Source: Dehalococcoidia bacterium
GTDB taxonomy: Bacteria > Chloroflexota > Dehalococcoidia > UBA6926
Direction of reading: 5' to 3'
Assembly (NCBI GenBank): GCA_963666115.2
Contig: CAXXET010000006.1
Location: 224,001-288,000, forward strand
DNA: 64,000 nt
Made by a program: the position numbers and the translations under genes. Below are positions 1 to 9,623 of this stretch, in pieces (the stretch's first letter is position 1; every line of letters begins with the position of its first letter). A model generated the notes under the pieces. That model searched no databases. It was not told the origin of the DNA and saw only the letters and a list, made by a program, of their open reading frames with translations.

Positions 1-1084
1 TTTCCGAGAGGCGGCCTGCTGGGCCGGGGAGCTTGTAGTCGCCCAAGACGGGATGCGTCACGTCCTGGAAATAGTCGCGGAAGAGGAGGTGGGGGTTCTG
101 GGCGAGATCGGCCGGGGAACTGACGGGGGCGGCGGGGATGCGGCGGGCCTGTGCCTCTTCCACGGCCTCCGCGACGGTCTTGGTGAGGAAGAACTCGACC
201 GCAATCTCGTTGATGAAGTCCTTGTTCTCCTGGCGGACGGTGAGTTCGCGGAACATCTCGTCCTGGATGATTTCATTGCCCGTCCACTGGGCGAACGTCA
301 TGAACTGGTTGGGTTGGATGGGGGAGAAGCCGATCCAGCCGTCGGAGCACTCAAAGACGCCGGTTCCGCCGCCGCCGCCCGTGCCAGGGCGCTCCGCGAC
401 GGCGCTGTTGTAGCCGAACTGGGCGACGATGAACAGGATGTTGGCGGTGGCCTCCATCATGGAGACATCCACACGCTGGCCGCGGCCTGAGTGCTCACGC
501 GCGAAGAGGGCGTTCATAATGCCGATGGCCGCGTGCGTGCCGGCGACGGAATAGCCGAGGAAGGATGGCGACATGACGGGCGCGCGCTCGGGATCGCCCT
601 GCAAGAGCATGAGGCCGCCCATGGCCTCTGCGTGGAGGTCGGTGCCCTTGTAGGAGGCGTAGGGGCCGGTTTGGCCATAGGGAGTGACGGAACAGAGGAT
701 CAGTCCGGGGTTTCCGGCGCGCAGGCTTTCGAAATCGAGGCCGACTTCGTCCATGTAGCCGGGGGAGTTGGTTTCGAGGATTACGTCAACGGATTGGGCG
801 AGTCGGCGGATTGTGTCTCGACCTTCTTCCGCGGCGATGTCCACGACAGCGCTGCGCTTGTTGGTGTGGAACGAATGGAAGACGAGGCTGCGCTCCGGGC
901 CGGGCTCTCCGGCGGCGTAGGGGGGCATACGGCGGCTGGCGTCGCCGTCCGGGCCCTCGATGAGGATGACGTCCGCACCGAAATCGGCGAGGAGTTTGGA
1001 GGCGTACATGGACGGCAGGCCGCCGAGGTCAAGGACGCGGATGCCGTTGAGGGCGGCGGGACGGTTCGCATTATCGGATGTCAT
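1..1084 (-). CDS. CoA-transferase family III (CaiB/BaiF), runs off the window start
   Basis: Not in the ORF track. Manual translation from ATG 1084 gives MTSDNANRPAALNGIRVLDLGGLPSMYASKLLADFGADVILIE, the family III N-terminal motif; paralogous to the adjacent gene. Confidence 0.88.
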   Translation of the reverse strand, partial: MTSDNANRPAALNGIRVLDLGGLPSMYASKLLADFGADVILIEGPDGDASRRMPPYAAGEPGPERSLVFHSFHTNKRSAVVDIAAEEGRDTIRRLAQSVDVILETNSPGYMDEVGLDFESLRAGNPGLILCSVTPYGQTGPYASYKGTDLHAEAMGGLMLLQGDPERAPVMSPSFLGYSVAGTHAAIGIMNALFAREHSGRGQRVDVSMMEATANILFIVAQFGYNSAVAERPGTGGGGGTGVFECSDGWIGFSPIQPNQFMTFAQWTGNEIIQDEMFRELTVRQENKDFINEIAVEFFLTKTVAEAVEEAQARRIPAAPVSSPADLAQNPHLLFRDYFQDVTHPVLGDYKLPGPAGRLSE

Positions 1085-1135
1085 GTTTGTTCCTTCCTGG
1101 CTTTATCTTTCCGTAGGGTGCTTGCTGGCCTTACC

Positions 1136-3541
1136 CTACGTCAAAGCTCCCGTGTCATGGAGTTTTTGGATCTCCTGGTTGGAGAGGTTTAGGATTTTTT
1201 GGAGGACGTGGTTGTTGTGCTGGCCCAGGGCGGCGGAGGGCATTCTTGAGCCGCCCGGGGTTTCTGAGAGGCGGACGGTGACGCCGGGTTGCTCGAGGGT
1301 GCCCCAGTCCGGGTGGTTTAGGGTGTGGATGTAGCCTCGCTGCCGCAGGTGGGGGTCCCAGAAGAGTCCTTCGCCGTCTAGGACGGCGGTGGCGGCGATG
1401 CCGGCGCGCTGGAGCAGGTGCATGACCTGGCGCGGCGTCTGCGTTCGCGTCCACTCGGACAGGCCGGCGTTCAGCGCGTCCTCGTTGGCCTTGCGCCCTT
1501 CCTGCGTCGCATAGTCCGGGACAAGCGCCCATGCGGGGCTGCCGAGGGCCTCAACGAGCGACTGCCATTGGACGTCGGTCTCGCAGGAGATCGCGCACCA
1601 GGCATCGTGTCCCAGGGCGGGGTAGATGCCGTGCGGGGCGTGGAGGGGGTGGCGGTTGCCGACAGGCTCGCCGGGGCGACCGTTGAGCTTGTAGTCCATG
1701 AAGGGCATGGCCATGGTGTTGCCGACGGCCTCCACCTGCGCCATTTCGACGTGCTGGCCGCGTCCGGTCTCCGCCTTGTGGTAGATGGCGGCAAGGGCGG
1801 CGAGCGCAGTGAGGCTGGCAATGAGAAAGTCGGGGTAGTCGAACTTGCACCGGGCGTTCGGCTCGGACTCCGGGTGTCCCCAGGTGTAGCTGAGGCCGGA
1901 GACGGAGACGAGGCTGAATCCGAATGCGACGTGATCACGCAGCGGGCCGATGCTGCCCCAGCCGGGCATGCTGATCTGGATGATGTCCGGGTTGATTTTT
2001 TTCAACTCTTCATAGCCGAGGCCGAAGCGGTCAATGACGCCCAGGGCAAAGTTGTCTATGACGAGGTCGGATACGGCGGCGATTCGCTTGGCGACATCCC
2101 GCGCCTCATCGTGATGCAGGTCGAGCGTGATGCTGTGCTTGTTGCGGTTGAGGTCGGCTACGAATGGCATCGTCCCCTGGCGGTTGTTGGTGTCGAAGAG
2201 GGAGGATTCGACCTTGATGACCTCCGCGCCGTAGTCCGCGAGTTGGCGGGTGCAGTATGGGCCGGCCCAGATGCGTGTGAAGTCCAGGACGCGGACGCCT
2301 TCAAGGGGGAGGACGGGGGATGGATTCCGGCTTTCGCCGGAATGACGGGAAGTGGGTTGGGCGGAATAAGAGGAGGGAGGTTGTTCGGCGGTGATTTGGC
2401 CGGCGTGTTCGTTGAGGAGGGGGGCGCGTTTGGGCTGGGCGATGGGGGTTTCCGACATGCGGAAGGGGGGGCCGGGGAGGGGATATTCGCCGATTTCGGG
2501 GTGTTCGACGGTTGTGAAGTAGTCGCGCTCAGCGAACTGGACGTTGTCGGCAAAGTCGCCGGGGCGATTGACGGGGGCGGCGGCGAGGCGGCGTGACTGC
2601 GCCTCTTCAACGAACTCGGCGACCGTGAACTGCTCGATGAACGGGCGCACGAGGGAATCGATGAACTGCATATTTTCGCCCTGCCGGTTGATGAGGGGGT
2701 ACCAGAACTCGTCCTGCAGGGCAGGCTCGCCCATCCAATCGAAGAAGACCCTGGCCTGGGGGGCGAGGAGCACGGCGAGGCTCACCCATCCGTCCTTGCA
2801 CCTGTAGATGTTGTAGGGGGCGAGATTGCCGCTTGCTCCGATGCGTTCGCCGATCTCAGACGTGGCCGAGTAGCGGATGATCTGGTAGAAGATGTTGGCG
2901 AGCACCTCCTGCATGGAGACCTCAACGTGCTGGCCTTTGTTCGTCTTGCGGCGCGCCATGAGGGCATAGAAGACCCCGTGCGCGGCGTGGGTGTTGGCCA
3001 GGATATACGCCTGGTCGAGCGGGGCGGCGGCAGGGGGCTGTTCGTCGTCGCCCTGGATGGTGGTCAGCCCGCTCATCGCGATGGCGTGGAGGTCCGAACC
3101 CGCGTAGCCGCTGTAGGGGCCGGACTCGCCGAACGGTGTGACGGAGACGGTGATCAGGCGGGGATTTTCTGCTCTCAGAACGTCATCGGACAGCCCGAGA
3201 CCATGGAGGTAGCCGGGATCGAAACTGTCCAGCAGGACATCGCCGGACTGCGCCATGTCCAGCAGCTGCTGGCGGCCGGTGTCCGTTTCGATGTCGATGA
3301 CGACGCTGGACTTGTTGGAGTTGTAGGCGAGCCAGCGGAGGCCGCGGTCTGGGCCGGGCCGGTCACCGGCGAACGGGGGCAGGAACCGGACGGGGTCGCC
3401 GCCCGGCGGCTCGATCTTGATGACCTCCGCGCCCAGGTCTGCCAGCAAGCGGCCGGCGTACTGCCCGGCCAGGCCGGACAGGTCAAGGACGCGGATTCCC
3501 GCAAGGACGGACGGGGGCGTTTGGCTGTCTGTCGTCGTCAT
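1136..3541 (-). CDS. Fused two-domain CoA-transferase family III (BbsE/BbsF-like pseudo-heterodimer)
   Basis: Two repeats of L.G.RVLD....AG.Y....LAD.GAEVIK.E; NxNKxS motifs; candidate catalytic Asp only in the C-terminal half (DYPD). Confidence 0.92.
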   Translation of the reverse strand: MTTTDSQTPPSVLAGIRVLDLSGLAGQYAGRLLADLGAEVIKIEPPGGDPVRFLPPFAGDRPGPDRGLRWLAYNSNKSSVVIDIETDTGRQQLLDMAQSGDVLLDSFDPGYLHGLGLSDDVLRAENPRLITVSVTPFGESGPYSGYAGSDLHAIAMSGLTTIQGDDEQPPAAAPLDQAYILANTHAAHGVFYALMARRKTNKGQHVEVSMQEVLANIFYQIIRYSATSEIGERIGASGNLAPYNIYRCKDGWVSLAVLLAPQARVFFDWMGEPALQDEFWYPLINRQGENMQFIDSLVRPFIEQFTVAEFVEEAQSRRLAAAPVNRPGDFADNVQFAERDYFTTVEHPEIGEYPLPGPPFRMSETPIAQPKRAPLLNEHAGQITAEQPPSSYSAQPTSRHSGESRNPSPVLPLEGVRVLDFTRIWAGPYCTRQLADYGAEVIKVESSLFDTNNRQGTMPFVADLNRNKHSITLDLHHDEARDVAKRIAAVSDLVIDNFALGVIDRFGLGYEELKKINPDIIQISMPGWGSIGPLRDHVAFGFSLVSVSGLSYTWGHPESEPNARCKFDYPDFLIASLTALAALAAIYHKAETGRGQHVEMAQVEAVGNTMAMPFMDYKLNGRPGEPVGNRHPLHAPHGIYPALGHDAWCAISCETDVQWQSLVEALGSPAWALVPDYATQEGRKANEDALNAGLSEWTRTQTPRQVMHLLQRAGIAATAVLDGEGLFWDPHLRQRGYIHTLNHPDWGTLEQPGVTVRLSETPGGSRMPSAALGQHNNHVLQKILNLSNQEIQKLHDTGALT
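2322..2346. repeat. Palindromic repeat GGATTCCGGCTTTCGCCGGAATGAC inside the CoA-transferase interdomain linker
   Basis: Hairpin ATTCCGGC-TTTC-GCCGGAAT; same family as the intergenic copy at 12291-12315. Confidence 0.8.
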
Positions 3542-3601
3542 TGTCTCCCCTGTTTGGCTACGCTACGGACATTCGCAAGCGTAGCAGGATGGGACGCGCC
3601 G

Positions 3602-5137
3602 TCAAGCATATTCGGTGATCGGCTGGGCGAGTATCCAGAGGCTGACCATCGTGTAGCCGACCATGAGGATGAGCATGGCGCGTTGGCTTCTCAGGGCGAC
3701 ATCGTGCGCGCCAAAGTGGCGCAGGGCCGTGGCGTGGGCAAGGAAAACGGCGATGACGTGGCCGATGACGATGGCGGCGATTGCCAGTATCCAGACGAAT
3801 TGCGCGTTGACGATGCCGATGTTGACCTGGTAGCCAGCAGTGCCGAACAGATTCCAGCCGAACCCGAACGGATCGGAGGCGTGGGGGATGACGACCTGCC
3901 CCTGGATGAGCAGGTATGAGACGAAGTGGGCAAGGTGGTAGGCGAAGGCGATGGGGACAAGGGATAGGGCAAAGGCGCGGGCGGAGGCCATCGCGCCACG
4001 TGTTTCCGGCGTCTCGCCTGAGCGGGCCATGATCGCGCAGAAGAGGAGATAGGCGGCGACAAATATGGCTGCGAATGCTATGAGGCCGGCGGTGTTGACG
4101 AGGGTGACGGCGGTGGATGTCCAGCCGGGAGAGTTGACGAAGACCCGGTGGACCAACTGCGCCCAGGGCGGCGTGTCCTGTAGGCCGTCAAACGTGACGG
4201 TGGACAGGAGAACGACGACGAGAATCATGTAGGAGGTTGACGTTGCGGCGGTATTGAGCAGGCCGGCGCCCGGGGGGCGAAGGCCAAGCTCCCGGCGCTC
4301 GGGCGGGGCGGCGCGAAAGGCTTCGACGTCGTCGATGGATTCCGTCTCGCCCGATTCGGACACGACGCGCAGTTCCGTTGGGGCGAACCGGGCCAGGACG
4401 CCAAAGACGAGGGAGAAGACATCCGCGTTGCGCATCCACGCGTCGGCTCCAAAGATGGCCATGCCCCACCAGGTGATCATGCAGTAGCCGACGATGGCAA
4501 TGGCGAGCGACAGCGGCTCGGCGGAGCCCTCGTAGGCGATCTCAAACCACGCGAAGAGCGCAAAGACGATGACGGCGGGCCATGACGCCCACGCGGGCGG
4601 GTAAGCGGAATCGTCCTGGCCGAAACTGAGGCCGCCGGGGATAGCGCGGCGGGCGAGCGCATCCATCCATTCATAGATCGCGCGGACGGGGTTGATGAGG
4701 CCCCAGACGTTGCCGATGAGGGCGGACGCGAACGCGATGCCGACCCACCAGTACACCCAGACGAGAACGGGGGCGATGTTGGCGGTTGAGCGGTTGACGC
4801 CCAAAGCGCCGGCGAGCAGCACGAGCAGGAGCAGGAGGACGCTGAGGACGCGCAGCGTTTGAATGACGGGCGGGCTGGCCAACACCCGGACAGGCCACAG
4901 CTTGAGGAGGTTGACGCGGGTGTAGTCGGTTGCGCTCGGCGTCCGGCGCACAAAGACGGCGACGATGACGAATGACAGGGCGACGGCCAGCCCCGCGCCC
5001 GTCATATAGAGCGAGAGGGGCAGGGGGAGGTCATATTTCTCGCCGAAGCCGTGGGCGAACGCGACACCGGGGATTAGCCAGGCGAGAACGGCCAGCGCGG
5101 CTGCGAGCGGGACGATAGTTACAGCGAGCCTCTTCAT
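3602..5137 (-). CDS. Conserved multi-pass membrane protein (family often auto-annotated as fenitrothion hydrolase-like)
   Basis: Signal peptide ending AFA-HGFGEKYDLPLP; about 10-11 hydrophobic segments; AYHLAH and GH..AV..AH motifs. Confidence 0.7.
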   Translation of the reverse strand: MKRLAVTIVPLAAALAVLAWLIPGVAFAHGFGEKYDLPLPLSLYMTGAGLAVALSFVIVAVFVRRTPSATDYTRVNLLKLWPVRVLASPPVIQTLRVLSVLLLLLVLLAGALGVNRSTANIAPVLVWVYWWVGIAFASALIGNVWGLINPVRAIYEWMDALARRAIPGGLSFGQDDSAYPPAWASWPAVIVFALFAWFEIAYEGSAEPLSLAIAIVGYCMITWWGMAIFGADAWMRNADVFSLVFGVLARFAPTELRVVSESGETESIDDVEAFRAAPPERRELGLRPPGAGLLNTAATSTSYMILVVVLLSTVTFDGLQDTPPWAQLVHRVFVNSPGWTSTAVTLVNTAGLIAFAAIFVAAYLLFCAIMARSGETPETRGAMASARAFALSLVPIAFAYHLAHFVSYLLIQGQVVIPHASDPFGFGWNLFGTAGYQVNIGIVNAQFVWILAIAAIVIGHVIAVFLAHATALRHFGAHDVALRSQRAMLILMVGYTMVSLWILAQPITEYA

Positions 5138-5152
5138 TGCGGCCCGCTTATT

Positions 5153-5497
5153 TTACGGCCTGACTTCGAGAGTGGCGATTACGCGTTCATGGACGTCTGC
5201 AGCGTGGATGGCGATATCGTACCGGCCCGTCGCGTCTGCCTCGAAACTCATCGTGCCGGTCTCGCCGGGGGCCAACTGCGTCTCGATGTTGTAGCCGTGG
5301 AGGTGGACGAGGAGGGGCAGGTCGCTGGTCCAGTCGATGGTGACGGTGTCGTTTTGGTTGACGGTGATGGTTGATTCTTCGGTGGCGAGTTCGCCGCCCT
5401 CAATGGACATGGCGAAGGAGAGGTCCTGGGGCTCGCGGTCTTCGCAGGCTGCGGCGAGCAGGGCAGTGATAGCGAGAATGAGCAGGAGTGTCCTCAA
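5153..5497 (-). CDS. Small cupredoxin-like lipoprotein
   Basis: Lipobox LAAAC; beta-rich ITVNQNDTVTIDWTSD...VHLHGY...F.A..TGRY.I..H pattern. Confidence 0.7.
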   Translation of the reverse strand: MRTLLLILAITALLAAACEDREPQDLSFAMSIEGGELATEESTITVNQNDTVTIDWTSDLPLLVHLHGYNIETQLAPGETGTMSFEADATGRYDIAIHAADVHERVIATLEVRP

Positions 5498-5543
5498 CGT
5501 GCATGTACCTCCGTATCAGGTAACGCGGAGGGGGGCCGGGTCG

Positions 5544-6368
5544 TTAGAGGTCTTTTAGGATGTCCTGGGAGAGGGGGCGGGTGTGTTCGCTTGTGGGGAA
5601 TGTTCCGTCGCGGACTTCCCGGGCGTATTCGCCGACGGCGGCGCGGATGGTGTCGCCCAGTTGGGCGTATTGCTTGACGTGCCGCCCGACGTGGTCTGAG
5701 ACGATGCCGAGCATATCGCTCACGACCTGCACCTGGCCGTCACAGTGAGGGCCGGAGCCGATGCCGATGGTGGGGATGCTGAGCTGCTCGGTGATCATCT
5801 GCGAGAGCTGTTCCGGCACGAGTTCAAGCACAAGGGCGAACGCGCCGGCCTCTTCCACGGCCCTGGCGTCACGGATCATCTTGCGGGCATCGTCCGCCGT
5901 CTTGCGGCCCTGGAAGCGGCGTCCAATCTGGAACTCGGATTGCGGCGTAAAGCCGATATGTCCCATGACGGGGATGCCGCGTTCGACGATGAAGCGAATC
6001 GTCTCGGCCATCGTCTCGCCGCCCTCGAGCTTGACGGCCTGCGCGCCCGCCTCCTGGAGGAAGCGCGCCGCGTTCCTGAGCGCCTCCTCCTGGTTGGCCT
6101 GAAATGACATGAAGGGCATATCGCCGATGATCAGCGCGTTCCTTGCGCCGCGAACGACGGCCCTGGTGTGGTGGAGCATCTCCTCCATCGTTACGGAGAC
6201 GGTGGAGTCGTAGCCGAGCATCACGTTGCCGAGGCTGTCGCCGACGAGGATGGCCGGGACGCCCGCCTCATCGACGGCGCAGGCGGTGTAGTAGTCGTAG
6301 GCGGTCAGGACGGGAAAGCGTTGGCCTTCGTCTTTGAAGCCTCGGAGTTTCTGGATTGTGGTGCGCAC
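5544..6368 (-). CDS. panB: 3-methyl-2-oxobutanoate hydroxymethyltransferase
   Basis: LTAYD, ILVGDSLG, GDMPFMS, AVKLEGG, GHIGFTPQ, TIGIGSGP.CDGQV motifs. Confidence 0.97.
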   Translation of the reverse strand: MRTTIQKLRGFKDEGQRFPVLTAYDYYTACAVDEAGVPAILVGDSLGNVMLGYDSTVSVTMEEMLHHTRAVVRGARNALIIGDMPFMSFQANQEEALRNAARFLQEAGAQAVKLEGGETMAETIRFIVERGIPVMGHIGFTPQSEFQIGRRFQGRKTADDARKMIRDARAVEEAGAFALVLELVPEQLSQMITEQLSIPTIGIGSGPHCDGQVQVVSDMLGIVSDHVGRHVKQYAQLGDTIRAAVGEYAREVRDGTFPTSEHTRPLSQDILKDL

Positions 6369-6403
6369 GGCACTGGTCCTCGGCGCTGTTGGCGGGTCGA
6401 ACT

Positions 6404-6787
6404 CTAGTAGTAGCTGCGCGCTTCGATGCGGTTTGTGCGCTGGACGATGCGGTTGCGGGCGTCAACGCGCACGATGCGGGGGCTGACGCGGCAGGCGTCC
6501 TCTTCCGACATGTGCTGGAAATGGAGGACGATGATGAGGTCGCGCTCGCGGACGAGGAGTCCGGCTGCGCCGTTGACGCAGACCTGGCCGGAGCCGCGTG
6601 CACCCTCGATGGCGTAGGTTTCCAGGCGCGCGCCGTTGGTGATGTCCAGCACCTGCACGAGTTCATAGGGCAGGATGCCGGCGGCCTCCAGCAGATCGGG
6701 GTCGATTGTTATCGAGCCCTCGTAATCGACGTTTGCCTCTGTGACGGTGGCACGGTGAATCTTGCCGGCCAGCATTGTGCGCATCAT
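6404..6787 (-). CDS. panD: Aspartate 1-decarboxylase
   Basis: KIHRATVT, YEG-SITID autocleavage site, RLETYAI, NGAA. Confidence 0.97.
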   Translation of the reverse strand: MMRTMLAGKIHRATVTEANVDYEGSITIDPDLLEAAGILPYELVQVLDITNGARLETYAIEGARGSGQVCVNGAAGLLVRERDLIIVLHFQHMSEEDACRVSPRIVRVDARNRIVQRTNRIEARSYY

Positions 6788-7689
6788 CGGTTCGTCTGTC
6801 CTATCGTGTCTGATGGCTCGCCCACCAGGGCGAGAATTTCCGCTCCCCTCGTCCCATCGAGCCGCTGCGCGTCCACGGCAAACTTTGCCGTGGCCTGCGC
6901 GAGCGCCGCGTATAAGGGTACTACGCCCGGCAAGGTTGACTGCAACTGCTCAAGGTGCGCCTGCACGGTCCCGAGGTCTCCCCTGACTATCGGGCCTGTC
7001 AGCGCAGCGGCGGCTCCTTCGCGTTCGATATTCCCCACCGTTCCACGAATGAGCGGCAGCAGCGCCCGCAAGGCTTGCGACTGATTGTACCCGAATTGCG
7101 CCCAAAGGCCAGCAGCCTCCGCGATGATTGCGACCAAATAGTTGGAGGCGAGCACGCCGGAGATGTGGTAGAGGGCGCGGGATTTGTCGTTGATGTCGAT
7201 GGCGTGGCCGTGGAGGGCATGGGCCATGTCACGCAGTTGATGGTGCAGGGCGGGGCTCTGGCTTTCGATGGCGAACGTCACGTTTTCAAGCGATGCGGGA
7301 TTTCTGGCGTTGGGAGGGAATGTTTGGAGGGGATGGAAACCGCCGATCATTGCTCCGAAGCCGCCCGCGCACTCCAGCACGCTGACGGGCGTACCGCCGG
7401 AGCAGTGGACGGCGGCCATGCCGCTGCGCCAGGGGACGCTTTCCGCGACGGCACCGATCACATCATCCGGAACTGTGAGGAACACGATGTCTGCGACGTC
7501 AACGAGGAGCCCGGCGTGGCGGGTGTGCATGGCCCCGCCGATCTGCGCGGCAAGGCTCCTGGCGCGCTCCGCGTCCCGGCTCGTGATGGCGGTGACGTGA
7601 TAGCCCGCGTCCGAGAGGCCGACTGCCAGCGCCGTGCCAACGGCGCCCGCGCCGAGAATGCCGACCCTGTCGCCGCGGAGCGTGGTCAT
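6784..7689 (-). CDS. Rossmann-like + DUF2520 oxidoreductase (PanG-type ketopantoate reductase candidate)
   Basis: GAGAVG, LTVPDD, HCSG, FHPLQTF, YH...ASNY, LTGPIVRGD motifs; ATGA overlap with panD. Confidence 0.85.
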   Translation of the reverse strand: MTTLRGDRVGILGAGAVGTALAVGLSDAGYHVTAITSRDAERARSLAAQIGGAMHTRHAGLLVDVADIVFLTVPDDVIGAVAESVPWRSGMAAVHCSGGTPVSVLECAGGFGAMIGGFHPLQTFPPNARNPASLENVTFAIESQSPALHHQLRDMAHALHGHAIDINDKSRALYHISGVLASNYLVAIIAEAAGLWAQFGYNQSQALRALLPLIRGTVGNIEREGAAAALTGPIVRGDLGTVQAHLEQLQSTLPGVVPLYAALAQATAKFAVDAQRLDGTRGAEILALVGEPSDTIGQTNR

Positions 7690-8723
7690 TGCCTCAGGTT
7701 TCCGTTCATGCCGGATATGTGCTCAGCTGCGGACGGGATGCCGGCCAGGCCGGTGGCAGATCGAACGGCGTCGATGATGGCGCGTTCCACCACTTCCGCC
7801 GCCGCCGCGCCGATGGGAGTGAGGCCGAATGCGTCGACGGCGGGCGTGTCCGGCGGGGCGGTGGAAACAAAGAAGAGAGTGTCGCCGTCGCCCATGCCGT
7901 ATGACGGAACGATGGCGCGGGCGATGCCGCTGTGGGCCATCATGGCCAGCCGGTTTGCCTGCGCGACGGTGAGGGGGGCGTCCGTGGCGACGACGCCGAT
8001 GGTGGTGTTCGCCGCCTGGTCGCCGAATCGTCCGTCCTCGCCTCGCCGATAGCCGCTGCGCAGGATTTCACGGGCGCTGTGGAACGGGGGGCCGTCCGCC
8101 CGTTCGTTGCGCGGCCCGGCAAGGAGCGCGCCGTTTTCGGGATCGACGATGTCGCCAAAGGCGTTGACGACCATAACCGCGCCGATCCTGTGGCCGCTCG
8201 CAATGGACATGGCAGCGTTGCCGACGCCGCCCTTGAGAGAGCGTTTCGGGCCAAGGGCCTTGGCGATGGTCGCGCCGGTTCCCGCGCCGACGCTGCCGGA
8301 CGCGGCGGGCTCGTCCGAGGTCTCGCGGATGCCGTCAAGTCCGAAATCGCGGGTGACACGTCGACTCGTGGGTCCGAGATGAAGGTCATAGATCACCGCG
8401 CCGGGGACGATGGGCACGACGCCGCCGGGGGTCTGGAATCCGATGCCCTCGACCTCAAGCTGGCGCATGATGCCCTCTGCGACGTTCATGCCAAAGGCGC
8501 TGCCGCCGGTGAGAAAGATGGAGTGGACGCGCTCAACGAGGGTGCCGGGGCGGAGGAGATCGGTCTCACGGGTGCCGGGGGCCGCGCCGCGAACCTCGAC
8601 GCCGCCAATCGCGCCGTAGCCGGGAAAACGGAGGACGGTCGTCCCCGTCACAGACTCCCTGTCAGTGACGTGGGCGAGACGGACGCCGGGGACGGACGTG
8701 ATGGTCAGGTTGCCGTTCGTCAT
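7686..8723 (-). CDS. P1/S58 (DmpA/ThnT-like) Ntn hydrolase
   Basis: RGAAPGTRETDLL, LTGGSAFG, VPIVP.A..YDL, GSVGAGTGA, N-TTIGVVATD (Thr nucleophile type), DGDTLF. Confidence 0.9.
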   Translation of the reverse strand: MTNGNLTITSVPGVRLAHVTDRESVTGTTVLRFPGYGAIGGVEVRGAAPGTRETDLLRPGTLVERVHSIFLTGGSAFGMNVAEGIMRQLEVEGIGFQTPGGVVPIVPGAVIYDLHLGPTSRRVTRDFGLDGIRETSDEPAASGSVGAGTGATIAKALGPKRSLKGGVGNAAMSIASGHRIGAVMVVNAFGDIVDPENGALLAGPRNERADGPPFHSAREILRSGYRRGEDGRFGDQAANTTIGVVATDAPLTVAQANRLAMMAHSGIARAIVPSYGMGDGDTLFFVSTAPPDTPAVDAFGLTPIGAAAAEVVERAIIDAVRSATGLAGIPSAAEHISGMNGNLRQ

Positions 8724-8806
8724 TGCTGCCCCTTCGGATTGTTAAGGGAATGATACAGCGATGCGGCGTGTTGCGGGGCTAATTCGGGGGCAGTTATGCT
8801 GAAAGC

Positions 8807-9574
8807 GTGATGCGTTCCCGTCTTGCCGCCCCGCGACTGTTCGCGCTAGCCATCTCCGCGCTGGCGGTTGGCCTTGCCATGGCGGGCATCGCATGCGCAG
8901 TGGAGGAGGACACGCCGACGCCGGCGCCGAGGCCAACATCCACGCCTATCCCGACATTCACCCCGATTGCAGGCGCAACCGATTCGTTCACAAACCCGGA
9001 TTGTCCAACACCGACAGCCGCCACGCCCATCGAGAGAGAGGAGCCCCTTGACGTGACTGAGAAACTGAACCGCTGGTCCGCGCCGCCGGAGATGCAGATC
9101 GACCCGTCGAAGTGCTATTCGGCGACCTTTGAGACGGAGGTCGGGAACTTCGTCATCGAACTGACGGCAGACAAGACGCCGATCACCGTCAACAATTTCG
9201 TGTTCCTGGCGCGCGAGGGGTATTACGACAATACGACGTTCCATCGCGTGATCCCGGATTTCATGGCGCAGGCGGGCGACCCGTCCGGGACGGGAACGGG
9301 CGGGCCGGGCTACACCATCCAGGACGAGTTCGATCCGACGCTGCGGCATGACGGGGCGGGCATCCTGTCCATGGCCAATGTCGGACGGCCAAACTCCGGT
9401 GGCGGGCAGTTCTTCATCACGTTCGCGCCGACAACATGGCTGGATGACAAGCATACGGTGTTTGGGCGCGTGACGGAGGGAATGGACGTGGTGCGGTCGA
9501 TACGGATCAGAGACCCGCAATCGGATCCGAATCCGGGCACGGCGCTCCACAGCGTGACGATTACGGAATCGTAA
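8807..9574 (+). CDS. Cyclophilin-type peptidyl-prolyl isomerase, lipoprotein
   Basis: Lipobox GIAC, Pro/Thr linker, [28 protein letters not shown]...WLD.KHTVFG. Confidence 0.95.
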   Translation: MMRSRLAAPRLFALAISALAVGLAMAGIACAVEEDTPTPAPRPTSTPIPTFTPIAGATDSFTNPDCPTPTAATPIEREEPLDVTEKLNRWSAPPEMQIDPSKCYSATFETEVGNFVIELTADKTPITVNNFVFLAREGYYDNTTFHRVIPDFMAQAGDPSGTGTGGPGYTIQDEFDPTLRHDGAGILSMANVGRPNSGGGQFFITFAPTTWLDDKHTVFGRVTEGMDVVRSIRIRDPQSDPNPGTALHSVTITES

Positions 9575-9623
9575 GGCGGCGCCTCGCCGCTATCGGGGGC
9601 CGGCGATCGTTCGGCCGCCGTGA

